Shown here piece after piece: positions 1 to 11,500 of a stretch of 64,000 nucleotides of DNA. The notes beneath the pieces were generated by a model. The model did not search any database and had not been told where the DNA came from. It saw nothing but the letters and a program-made list of their open reading frames with translations. Position numbers and translations under genes: made by a program. Within the stretch, counting starts at the first letter, position 1, and every line of letters starts with the position of its first letter. Source of the stretch: Phyllobates terribilis (lineage: Eukaryota); the NCBI RefSeq assembly GCF_046119375.1, contig NW_027362764.1:452538001-452602000 (forward strand). Reading direction: 5' to 3'.

Positions 1-3000
1 GAGGGGACCATGCATACCAGGATTGGAGGATGAGGGGTGCCATACATACCAGGATTTAGGGGTGAGGGGACCATGCATACCAGGATTGGTGGATGAGGGG
101 TGCCATACATACCAGGATTGGTGGGTGAGGGGACCATACATACAAGAATAGGGATGAGGGGTACCATGCATACCAGGATTGGGGATGAGGGGTACCATAC
201 ATACCAGTATAAGGGATGAGGGGTGCACTACATACCAGGATTGGGGATGAGGGGTGCCATACATTACAAGAATGGGGGTGAGTGAACCATGCATACCAGA
301 TTTGGGGGTAAGGGGTGCCATGCATACCAGGGATCAGGGGTACCATGCATATCAGAATAGAGATGAGAGGTGCCATGCATACCAGGATACGAATGTGGGG
401 TACCATGCATGCCAGAATGAGGGATGGGGTGCCATGCATACCAGAATAGGGATGAGGGGTGCCATGCATACCAGAAAAGGGATGAGGGGTACCATGCATA
501 CCAGGATAAGGGATGGGATGCCATGCATACCAGGATAAGGAATGAGGGGGCCATACATACCAGGATAGGGGATGAGGGAGCCATGCATACTAGGATGAGG
601 GATTGGGTGCCATGCATACCAGGATTGGGGAATGAGGAGGCCATACATACCAGGATTGGGGGATGAGGGGTGCCATGTATACCAGGATGAGGGGTACCAT
701 ACATACCATAGTAGGGATGTGGGGTACCATGCATACCAGGATGAGAGATGGGGTGCCATGCATACCAGGATGAGGGGTACCATACTTACCAGAATAGGGA
801 TGAGGGTTACCATGTATACCAGGATAGGAATGCGGGTACCATGCATACAAGGATGAGAGGGATGGGGTGCCTTGCATACCAGGATTGGGGGATCAGAAGG
901 CCATACATACCAGTATTGGGGGATGAGGGGTGCAATACATACCAGAATTGGAAAGGGGGGTGCCATGCATACCAGGATGAGGGATTGGGTACCATACATA
1001 GCAGGATTGGGGGGTGAAGGGACCATGCATACCAGGATTGAGGGGTGAGGGGATCATGCACACCAGGATTGGTGGATGAGGGATGCCATACATACCAGGA
1101 TTGGGGGTTGAGGGGACCATGCATACTAAAATAGGGATGAGGGGTACCATGCATACCAGGATTGGGGATGAGGGGTGCCATACATACCAGAATTCATGAT
1201 GAGGGGTACCCTACATACCAGGATTGGGGATGAGGGGTGCCATACATACCAGGATTGGGGGTGAGGGTACCATGCATACCAGGTTTGGGGGGTGAGGGGT
1301 GCCATGCATACCAGCATTGTTGGGGAAGAGGGGTGCCATGCATACCAGAGCAGAGATGAGGGGTGCCATGCATACCAGGATAGGAATGTGGGGTGCCATG
1401 CATACCAGAATATGGATGAGGGGTTCCATGCATACCAGAAAAGGGATGGGGGGTGCCATGCATACCAGGATTGGGGGATGAGGATTGACATGCATACCAG
1501 GATAGGGATGAGGGGCCATACATACCAGGATGAGGGATTGGGTGCCATGCATAGCAGGATTGGGGAATGAGGAGGCCATACATGCCTTGATTGGGGGATG
1601 AGGGGTACCATGCATATCAAAATTGGGATGAGGGGTACCATACATACCATAGTAGGGATGCGGGGTGCCATACATACCAGAATGGGGATGAGGGGTGCCA
1701 TACATACCAGAATAGGGATGAGGGGTACCATTCATACCAGGATAGGAATGCGGGGTACCATGCATACCAGGATTGGGGGATGGGAAGGCCATACATACCT
1801 GGATTGGGGGAAGAGGGGTGCCATACATACCAGAATTGGAATGAAGGGTACCATGCATACCTGGATGAGGGATGGGGTGCCATGTATACTAGGATTGGGG
1901 CATGAGGGGTGCCATGCATACCAGGATGAGGGATTGGGTACCATACATACCAGGATTGGGGGATGAGGGGTGCCATACATACCAGGATTGAGATGAGGGG
2001 TGCCATGTATACCAAATTTGGGATGAGAGGGCCATGCATACCAGAATGAAAGATGGGGTGCCATGCATACCAGGATTGGGATGAGGGTTGCAATGTATAC
2101 CGGATTGCAAATGAGGGGTGCAATGCATACCAGGATTAGGGGTGATGGGTGCCATGCATACCCGAATTGTGGGTGTGGGGTGCCATGCATACCAGGATTG
2201 GGGATGAGGTGTGCCATGCATAACAGAATTGGGGATGAAGGGTGCCACGCATACCAGGATTGGGGGTGAGGAGCACCATTCATACCAGGATTGGGGATAG
2301 GGGTGCCATGCCTACCAGGATTGGGTATGAGGGGTGCCACGCATGCCAGGATTGGGGGTGAGACGCACCATTCATACCAGGATTGGGGATAGGGGTGCCA
2401 TGCCTACCAGGATTGGGTATGAGGGGTGCCATGCCTACCAGGATTGGGGGATGAGGGGGCCATGCATACAAGGATTGGGTTGAGGGGGCTATGCATACCT
2501 GGATAGGGATGAAGGGTGCCGTGCATACCAGGATAGGGATGAGGGGTACCATGCATACCAGGATAGGGATGTGGGGGGGCATGCATACCAGGAATAGGGT
2601 GAGGGATGCCATGCATACCAGGATAGGGATGAGGGGTGCCTTGCATACCTGAATAGGGATGAGGGGTACCATGCATACCAGGATAGGGATGTGGGGGGGC
2701 ATGCATACCAGGATTCGTATGAGGGGCCATGCATACCAAGATAGGGATGAGGGGTACCATGTATACCAGGATAAGGAATGGGGTGTCATGCATACCAGGA
2801 TAGGGATGAGGGGTACAATCCATACCAGGATGAGGGGTACCATCCATACCAGGATGAGGGGTACCTTACATACAAAGATAGGGGTGAGGGATGGGGTACC
2901 ATGTGTTCCAGAATAGGAATGAGGTTTAGGTACCATGCATACCAGGATTGGGGATGAGGGGCCCATGCATACCAGGATAAGGATGAGGGGGCCATGCATG

Positions 3001-3355
3001 CCACAATTGGGTACAATGGAGCCATGCATACCAGGACGAGAGATGAGGGGCGCCATGCATGCCAGAATGGGGTTGAGGGACCCATGCATATCAGGATAAG
3101 GCTGAGGGGGCCATGCATACAAGGATTGGGGGTAAGGGGATCATGCATACCAGGATTGGAGGATGAGAGGACCATGCATACCAGGATTGGGAGATGAGGG
3201 GTACCATACATACCAGGATTGGGGGATGAAGGGTACCATACATACCAAGATTGGGGGTGAGGGGACCATGCATACCAGGATTGGGGGTGAGGGGACTATG
3301 TATACCAGGATTGGGGGTGAGGGGTGCCATGCATACCAGGATAGGGATGAGGGCA
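1..3355 (+). repeat. G-rich minisatellite, ~31-33 bp unit (approx. GAGGGGT(A/G)CCATGCATACCAGGATTGGGGAT), inside a Helitron-like element
   Basis: Continuous tandem copies from the window start; the MHGTPHP/LILVCM ORFs in all frames are translations of this repeat. Confidence 0.97.
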
Positions 3356-3509
3356 GCACATAACAGGATGTGGGAACAGGATTGCGTAGCACAAATACCA
3401 GGATGGGGGCAGCACAAATACCAGGAGGGGGGCAGTACATACCAGCATGGGAGACCATATACCAATAAAAATGCTGGCCACCCAGGCGTAGAACGAGTTC
3501 AATAGCTAG
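1..3509 (+). mobile_element. Non-autonomous Helitron-like element, 3' part (5' end outside the window)
   Basis: Ends ...GCCACCCAGGCGTAGAACGAGTTCAATAG-CTAG (3506-3509) followed by T, with a GC-rich imperfect palindrome about 20 nt upstream; the same terminus occurs inverted at 25759. No TIR or TSD. Confidence 0.65.
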
Positions 3510-3515
3510 TGTATT

Positions 3516-5135
3516 CAGTACAGACCAAATGTTTGGACACACCTTCTCATTTAAAGATTTTTCTGAATTTTCATAACTATGAAAATTGTACATTCACAGT
3601 GAAGGCATCGAAACTATGAATTAACACATGTGGAATTATATACTTAACAAAAAAGTGTGAAACAACTGAAAATATGTCTTATATTCTAGGTTCTTCAAAG
3701 TAGCCACGTTTTGCTTTAATGACTGCTTTGCACAATCTTGGCATTCTCTTGATGAGCTTCAAGAGGTAGTCACCAGAAATAGTCTTCCAACAATCTTGAA
3801 GGAGTTCCCAGAGATGTTTAGCACTTGTTGGCCCTTTTGCCTTCACTCTGCGGTCCAGCTCACCCCCAACCATCTCGATTGGGTTCAGGTCTGGTGACTG
3901 TGGAGGCCAGGTCATGTGGCGTAGCTCCCCATCATTCTCCTTCTTGGTCAAATAGCCCTTACATAGCCTGGAGGTGTGTTTGGGGTCATTGTCCTGTTGA
4001 AAAATAAATGATGGTCCAACTAAATGCAAACCGGTTGGAATAGCATGCCGCTGCAAGATGCTGTGGCAGCCATGCTGGTTCAGTATGCCTTCAATTTTGA
4101 ATAAATCCCCAACAGTGTCACCAGCAAAGCACCCCCACACCATCACACCTCCTCCTCCATGCTTCACGGTGGGAACCAGGCATGTAGAGTCCATTCATTC
4201 ACCTTTTCTGCGTCGCACAAAGACACGGTGGTTGGAACCAAGGATCTCAAATTTGGACTCATCAGACCAAAGCACAGATTTCCACTGCTCTAATGTCCAT
4301 TCCTTGTGTTCTTTAGCCCAAACAAGTTTCTTCTGCTTGTTGCCTGTCCTTAGCAGTGGTTTCTTAGCAGCTATTTTAACATTAAGGCCTGCTGCACAAA
4401 GTCTCCTCTTAACAGTTGTTGAAGAGATATGTCTGCTGCTAGAACTCTGCATGGTATTGACCTGGTCTCTAATCTGAGCTGCTGTTAATCTGCAATTTCT
4501 GAGGCTGGTGACTTGGATAAACTTATCCTCAGAAGCAGAGGTGACTCTTGGTCTTCCTTTCCTGGGGCGGTCCTCATGTGAGCCAGTTTCTTTGTAGCAA
4601 TTGATGGTTTTTGCAATTGCACTTGGGGTCACTTTCAAAGTTTTCCCAATTTTTCAGACTGACTGACCTTCATTTCTTAAAGTAATGATGGCCACTCGTT
4701 TTTCTTTACTTAGCTGCTTTTTTTCTTACCATAATACACATTCTAACAGTCTATTCAGTAGGATTATCAGCTGTGTATCCACCTGACTTTTGCGCAACAC
4801 AACTGATGGTCCCAACCCCATTTATAAGGCAAGAAATCCCACTTATTAAACCTGACAGGGCACACCTGTGAAGTGAAAACCATTTCCGGTGACTACCTCT
4901 TGAAGCTCATCAAGAGAATGCCAAGAGTGTGCAAAGCAGTCATCAAAGCAAAAGGTGGCTACTTTGAAGAACCTAGAACATAAGACATATTTTCAGTGAT
5001 TTCACACTTTTTTGTTAAGTATATAATTCCACATGTGTTAATTCATAGTTTTGATGCCTTCAGTGTGAATGTACAATTTTCATAGTCAGAAAACCTTTAA
5101 ATGAGAAGGTATGACCAAACTTTTGGTCTATACTG
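3516..5135 (-). mobile_element. Tc1-like DNA transposon, family A, copy 1
   Basis: ~270-bp TIRs starting CAGTACAGACC and ending GGTCTATACTG; TA on the right flank; DDE transposase remnants on the minus strand. Confidence 0.95.
3679..4732 (-). pseudogene. Tc1 transposase pseudogene (family A)
   Basis: Motifs GRPRVT, WSDESK, FQQDNDPKH and SPDLNPIEM; in-frame TGA at 4195 and a disrupted 5' end. Confidence 0.92.
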
Positions 5136-5143
5136 TATATATA

Positions 5144-5515
5144 CAGTACAGACCGCATGTTTACTTCACAGCAAAACCTTCCAAATGCAAGCACCACACC
5201 TCAAATCAACTCCAGGCCTTTTATCTGCTTAATTGAGAATGACATAATGAAGGGATTGCCCACACCTGTGCATGAAATAGCCTTAGAGTCAATTGTCCAA
5301 TTACTTTTGGTCCCTTTAAAAACAGGGTGGCATATGTTAAGAAGCTGAAACTCCTAAACCCTTCATCCAATTTTAATGTGGATACCCTCAAATGAAAGCT
5401 GAAAGTCTGAACTTCATCTGCATCTAAATTGTTTTGTTTAAAATTCATTGTGGTAATGTCTGGAACCAAAGTTAGAAAAATGTTGTCTCTGTCCAAATAT
5501 ATATGGACCTAACTG
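5144..5515 (-). mobile_element. Chimeric Tc1 fragment: 11 bp of family A TIR fused to the terminal ~360 bp of family B
   Basis: CAGTACAGACC (5144-5154) runs into GACC(G)CATGTTTACTTCACAGC, which matches 29569 onward, and ends at ...GGACCTAACTG followed by TA. Confidence 0.85.
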
Positions 5516-5571
<56 letters not shown>

Positions 5572-5574
5572 TAT
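5516..5574. repeat. (TA)n microsatellite
   Basis: Direct reading of the sequence. Confidence 0.97.
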
Positions 5575-6377
5575 TGTACCCATAAATAAATATTATTCTT
5601 GGAAAAAAATATGGTATTGTCGCGTTTTGAATGACCTGACCTATAAAACTGCCCCACTAGTTAACCCCTTTAGTGAACACGGTAAAAAAAAAAAAAAAAA
5701 GAAACAAAGCAAAAAACAGTGCTTTATCATCATACCACTGAACAAAAAGTGGAATAAAACAGGATCAAAAAGACGAATGTAAATAAAAATGGTACCGCTA
5801 AAAATGTCATATTGTCCTTCAAAAAACAAGCTACCATACAGCTCCGTCAGCCGAAAAACAAAAAAGTTATAGCTCTCAGAATAAAGCGATGCAAAAAAAA
5901 AATATTTTTTCTATAAAATAGTTTTTATTGTGTAAAAGCTCCAAAACATAAAAAAAGATTTAAATGTAGTATCGCTGTAAAAATACTGATCCGAAGAATA
6001 AAGCTGCCTTATCAATTTTACCACATGCGGAATGGCATAAAAAAACAATTCCTGAATTGTTGGCTTTTGTTTATTCTGCCTCACAAAAATCAGAACAGAA
6101 AGCAATCAAAAATTGTTAAGTGCCCGAAATGGTACCAATAAAAACGTAAACTTGTCCAGCCAAAAACAAGCCCGTTCATGTCTTTGTCAGTGGAAATATG
6201 GAAAAGTTATAGCTCTCAAAACTAGTCTATACAAAAAAAAAGCGTCTTTTAGTGTGTGACAGCTGCCAAACATAAAAACAAGATATAAATCTGGTATCGC
6301 TGTAATCACACTGACCCAAAGAATAAAGTGGTCTAATCACTTATACCACTGCCACATTACAGTGAATGGATCCCTCG

Positions 6378-6608
6378 GGATTAGGGTTAGGGTTGGGTTA
6401 GGGTTAGGATTAGGGTTAGGATTAGGGATGGGTTAGGGTTAGGGTTGTGTTGAGGTTAGGGTTGTGTTAGGGCTAGGGTTGTGTTATTGTTGTGCTAGGG
6501 TTAGGATTAGGGTTACGGTTAGGATTAAGGTTAGAGCTGTATGAGAGTTAGGGTTGTATTAGAATTGGGGTTAGGGTTGTGTAAGGGTTAGGGTAGTGTT
6601 GGGGTTGT
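6378..6608 (+). repeat. Degenerate interstitial telomere-like (TTAGGG)n tract
   Basis: Many GGTTAG/TTAGGG units with GGTTGT and GGATTA variants. Confidence 0.85.
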
Positions 6609-6650
6609 GATTTTTTCAAAAGTAAAGAAAAAAAATGATGATATGGCTGC

Positions 6651-6963
6651 AAGTGTTGAGAGAAAGTGCTCGCTACTTGAGTTTGCATCGGGTGCTCTGG
6701 TATGCACCGAGTATTGCGGGTCCTTGAGTGACATGTTCGAGTCTCCGCCCCATATGTTTTGTGGCTGTTTTACAGCCAAAAAAACCATGCGGGGATTGCC
6801 TGTCGTACATGAGAAATCCCTGAATGTTTCTTTTTAGGGTGTCTAACAACCGTGAAACATGTGGGGTGGGGGCTCGAGCATTTCACTCGAGCACCCGCGA
6901 TACTTGCTGCATACCCGAGTACATGATGCAAACTCAAGTACCGAACACTTGTGCTCAAGACTA
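6651..6963. mobile_element. Palindromic hAT-type MITE
   Basis: Ends (A)AGTGTTGAG... and ...CTCAAGACTA, with ~100-bp imperfect inverted arms rich in CTCG/CGAG; no 8-bp TSD recognisable. Confidence 0.7.
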
Positions 6964-7769
6964 TTGACAACTTATTCAATATGATGACCTAATGTTATCA
7001 AATTCTGTGTCGTACCTCTGGGTTCAAATTGTTCACTATACCCCTTGATAAAATCCTTGAGGGGTCTAGTTTCCAAAATGGAGTCACTTCTGGGGGGTTT
7101 CCACTGTTTAGGCACATCAGGGGCTATCCAAAATGCAACATGGTGTCCGCTCTTAATTCCAGCCAGTTTTGCATTCAAAAAGTCACACTTTGCTCCTTTC
7201 CTTCTAAACTCTAGTGTGCGCCCAAACTGTGTTTTTTCCCTATATATGGGGCAACGGCGTACTCAGGAGAAATTGCACAACAGTTTTTGGGGTCCATTTT
7301 TCCTTTTACCCTTGTGAAAATAAAAAAATTTGCTGAAAAGTTTGATTTTTTTTATTTTCACGGCTCCACGTAGTAAACTTCTGTGAAGCACTTGGGGGTT
7401 CAAGGTGCTCGCCACACATCTACAAAAGTTCCAGTCTCTTGTGGAGAGTTTCCACTGCTTAGGCACATCAGGGGCTCCCCAAATGCAATATAGCGTCCGC
7501 TAATTATTCAAGCAAATTTTACATTCAAAAAGTCAAATGGCGCACATTCCCTTCCGAGCCCTGCCATGTGCCCAAATAGTGGTTTTCCCCCACATATGGG
7601 GTATTGGCTTACAAATACTGACCAAATACTGAATGTGTGAATGTGGACTTTACTCTGGAATTTTGAAAATGAATGATCAGTACTGGGGAGAAAAAGAAGT
7701 GTATTTTCATGTGTACTATTTCTTTATTTAAAAAAATTAAATCGACAGTTACTCTTTAAGATTATGCAG

Positions 7770-8110
7770 AAATTGCACATAGAAGCAGATGTTTTAATAC
7801 ATAAGTTTGAGGAAAACGTTTAATATACTGGTAAAATGCTCACCACATTGAATCAAGTCTACAATCCCTAGGGTGAAATTGGTGATGGATCAAATTAAAG
7901 GAATGACTGAATTTACACCTAGAACAGAAAAGCCATTCAAAATTTCATTAGTAACACAGTATACAAACAAAGGAGGTGTTTTAACAAGAATCAGTGAAGA
8001 CACTGGGACATTTTAAAACAAGACAAATCCATAGAGGATTTATTACCAAAACATTCTTGCCTGGCTTACAAATGGGCCCAAAATCCTGGCAGTTTAGCAA
8101 AGTATCTTGT
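7770..8110 (+). pseudogene. Degraded Penelope-like element fragment (RT to GIY-YIG linker)
   Basis: Translation ...ISLVTQY...HWDILKQDKSIEDLLPKH...AYKWAQN resembles the linker in the window's other PLEs (KHWPILTMDP...ITYRRGRS; HILKDDKII). Confidence 0.5.
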
Positions 8111-8294
8111 GTAAAAGATTCAATTAAATCTTCCAAAATAGCAATTCTCTAGAACTAACTGATTTTTACCATTATAAGAAAAATGTAAAGCATACATCTA
8201 ACAATAAGATTATTAAGCAATCACTTGTTTAAAAAATATGTGAAGCAGAAGGAATTTTTAAAAATATTAAATTGTTCAAAGGGCATTATATATA

Positions 8295-8940
8295 CACTGT
8301 GTTCCAAATTATTATGCAAATAATATTTTCTCAGATTTTCCCAAATTACCTATATGAATTGCAGTCATTGTAATTTTCCAGTCAAATAACTATTAGAGTA
8401 CAATTGAAAGGTTTTTGTACAAACTGCCTGATAACAGTATATTTAAAAAAAAAATAAAAAACTCAAACTGCACTCAAAATGCATGTTCCAAATTATTATG
8501 CACAGCAGAGTTTTCAACCTTTTCATTTTAATAAAGACCAAAAAAATGGTCAATTTTGAAATTATAAGCATTAGCAGGTTATTACAAACTGAAATCAAAC
8601 AGTTTTAAACTCAAAACTTTATTCAAGGTGATGTTACATTTGCACATAGGACCGCATGTTCGAAAGGAGCTTCTGAACTCTCTTGTCCATTGAATTTGTC
8701 AGGTTTTGGATGGTTTCTGCTTCAATTGTTTAGCATGAGGACAGAATACCCTCCCAGAGCTGTTGCTTAGATGTGAACTGCCTCCCGCCATCAAATACAC
8801 TCCTTTTGATGATGCTCCAGAGGTTCTCAATGGGGTTGAGGTCAGGGGAGCATGGGTGCCACACCATAAGTTTGTCCCCTTTTATGCCCATAGCTGCCAG
8901 AGATGCAGATGTGTTATGTGCAGCATGAGACGGGGCAATA
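8295..8940 (-). mobile_element. Truncated Tc1 element (TIR CACTGTGTTCCAAATTATTATGCA)
   Basis: TA before the TIR; internal repeat of the TIR motif near 8485; C-terminal transposase motif WHPCSPDLNPIENLW (8730-8948 ORF). Confidence 0.8.
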
Positions 8941-9225
8941 GCTCGCAATATGGAAATGAGAGGGGATACTTCTCATAACTGTGTTCAAGTGGTAGGAAGA
9001 GGACAGGATCCCCAGAACATGATGCAGGAACAGATGTTCAGCATGCAGAAGTCAATTGAGCGGTTGGAAGAAAAGCTGACTTGAATGACAGCTTGGGAAA
9101 ACCCCATTGACTGCCCGAGGGTTCAGTCCGAGTATGTCGGCACCTTCACCCCCTTCAAAATATTTGCCTTGGGAGAGACGGGGGCAGGAGAGACCCCCTC
9201 GTGTGGGGATTGAAGGGGCCCGTGT

Positions 9226-10704
9226 CAGTTGAAGATTAAATGATCTCTAAAAGGCCTAAAGTTAAAGATGACACATTTCCTTTGTATTATAACAATTAAA
9301 ATACTGAGTATATATATTTTCATCTTTTACATTTTCAAAATTACAAAAAGTAAAATGGGCCAATGCAAAAGTTTGGCACCCTGTATAGTTAGTACCTAGT
9401 AGCACCCCATTTTGTAAGTATCACAGCTTATAAACACTTTTTGTAGACAGCCAAGTGTCTTTCAATTTTTGTTCGAGGGATTTTCATCCATATTTCCTTA
9501 GAAAAATCTTCCAGTTGTGTGAGATTCCTAGGTCGTCTTGCATGCACTGCTATTTTGAGGTCTAGCAACAGATTCTCAATGACGTTCAGCTAAGGGGACT
9601 GTGAGGGCCATTGTTAAACCTTCAAATTGCTCATTTTGAGGTAGTTTATTGTGAAGGATGATGTGTGTTTAGGATCATTATCCATTGGTAGAAGCCATCC
9701 TCTTTTCAACTTCAGCTTTTTTTCATATGGTGCTATGTTAGTATGAAGAATTTATTGAAATTTCATTGAATCCATTCTTCCCTCTTCCCTTGTAGTGTTC
9801 CCAGTGCCATTGGCTGCAACACCACTCCAAAGCATGATTGATTCATCCCCATGCTCAAGGGTTGGTGAGACGTTCTTTTCCTTAAATTCTGTGTCTTTTT
9901 TTGTCCACACTTTGACCATTGTGGCCAAAAGAGCTCTATTCTAATATCATCGGTTCACAGGACTTGTATCCTAAGTGTATTAGACTCCCTTAGATGTTCT
10001 TTTGCATATTTCTGATGCTGAATTTTAGGGTGAGGATGCAGGAGAAGTTTTCTTCTGATGACTCTCTCAAGAAGGCCATATTTGTGCAGGTTTCTATAAA
10101 CAGTAGAACAATGTACCACAACTCCAGAGTCTGCTAAATCTTTCTGAAGGACTTTTGCATGCAAGCAAGGAGTCTGATTTGCCTCTCTAGAAATCCTACG
10201 AGCAGGTTTCACTGAAATTTTGCTTGGTCTTCCACACCTTATCTTGACCTCCACTGTTCCTGTTAACTACCATTTCTTAATTACATTTCGAACTGAGAAA
10301 AAGGCAACTTGAAAATACTTTAGCATCTTGTAGCCTTCTCCTACTTTGTGGGCTTCCATCATTTTCATTCTTAGTGTGCTAGGCAGTTGCTTAGAAGAAC
10401 CCATGGCTGCTGTTTTTTGCCACAAAATTAGAGGAGGCTGAATTTATATAAAGCTGTGAAAATTGCATTACCTGGCCTTTCCTAACAATGATAGAGAACA
10501 TGTCATAACCTTAGCAGGCTAAGGTCTGAAACCTTGGTTAGATTTATCTGAGCATATAAAGCTCAAAGGGTTCCCAAAACGTTAGCATTAGTCAATTTTC
10601 TTTTTTGTAATTTTTAAAATGAAAAAAAAAAAAAAAATTTATTTTAGATTTAAAATACAAAGGAAATGTGTCAACATTAACTTTAGGCCTTTTAGAGATC
10701 ATTT
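9226..10704 (-). mobile_element. Degenerate Tc1 element with both outer TIR ends lost
   Basis: Inverted repeats ATGATCTCTAAAAGGCCTAAAGTTAA... near 9240 and 10680-10704; transposase remnant GRPSKIS...HKYGLLERVIRRKLLL (9955-10254). Confidence 0.85.
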
Positions 10705-11404
10705 CTAGAGATCTTTCGAGGTTCGATTCGGTTCCGATCAATGACTTTCTCGATGTTTGCCTAACAGTTCGCCTAATAGCCAAAGTAAATTGGGAGTTTG
10801 CATCAAGTACTTGGGTGGATGGAAAGTAAAATTTACCATAAAGACATTTTATTATTAGACCCCTTTAAGAAATTATGCAAATATAAAGTCACTTGGAAAT
10901 AGATATGTAGTAAATCAGTGCCTCCCAATTTACTTTGGCTATGTAATTTGCCATGCAAATAGACAGCGTGTCTGAAACTCTTAACACATCAGGATGACAA
11001 TCAGAGTGTCAGATATTAAAAGTAAAATACCCCTGTAGTCTGTGTGCTAAATAGGCATAATTTAAAAAAAAAAAAATCATTATTCCTATCAGGAATTGAA
11101 CTCTAACAATGTAGTTTGAGAGGCTAATGCCTTACCATTGACCTATCCAGTGAAGTGATACTAACTGATAGCTTTTCTTGTCTTAGGACATCAACCATGA
11201 AAACACTCAGGTTGACTAAAAGTCATTGTGATTCTGATTCTGATGTTTGAAGAAAGTCACACATCAGACTCACGCATCAAAATCAAACATCATTTGAGTT
11301 TGGCTTGTTTGCAGTCTGTGCATAAGTCCCAATGAGTTATAGACAAGTTTGCACTGAAAATCATATAACCAAATAGAACTCCTAGGTTTTAAGAACTGAG
11401 TTTA

Positions 11405-11467
11405 TAGCTTAGTGGTTAGTGCACTGGCTTTGGGACACAGAATTTCGGGTTCAAGTCCCATCAGCGA
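11405..11467 (+). pseudogene. tRNA-derived Pol III head (SINE head or tRNA pseudogene; TGG/Pro-like loop)
   Basis: A-box TAGCTTAGTGG (11405-11415) and B-box GGTTCAAGTCC (11448-11458) at tRNA-like spacing, followed by a T-rich tract; the stems pair poorly. Confidence 0.5.
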
Positions 11468-11500
11468 TCAGTTACTTTTGTTTTTTTATTATTATAGTTG

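Larger units (their letters stand above)
5585..7620. mobile_element. Degenerate non-autonomous DNA-transposon-like repeat with diverged internal tandem units (possibly piggyBac-type)
   Basis: TTAACCCCTT motif near 5660; AAAAGTTATAGCTCTCA and AAGAATAAAG motifs recur about 330 bp apart; GTTTCCACTG-TTAGGCACATCAGGGG recurs near 7100 and 7450. Termini not resolved. Confidence 0.45.

Noticed and set aside
56-3593. Dozens of overlapping ORFs of 60-280 aa (MHGTPHP..., LILVCM...)
   Set aside because: They are translations of the 32-bp minisatellite and open in several frames on both strands; the same applies to 25700-27933.
6378-6608. True telomere or chromosome-fusion site
   Set aside because: Short, degenerate and single-orientation, with no head-to-head TTAGGG/CCCTAA junction.
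8940-9225. GC-richer fragment between two Tc1 remnants, possibly coding
   Set aside because: No recognisable motif or termini; cannot be assigned without a database search.
11405-11467. Functional tRNA-Pro gene
   Set aside because: The acceptor and anticodon stems do not pair properly; kept only as a tRNA-derived head.
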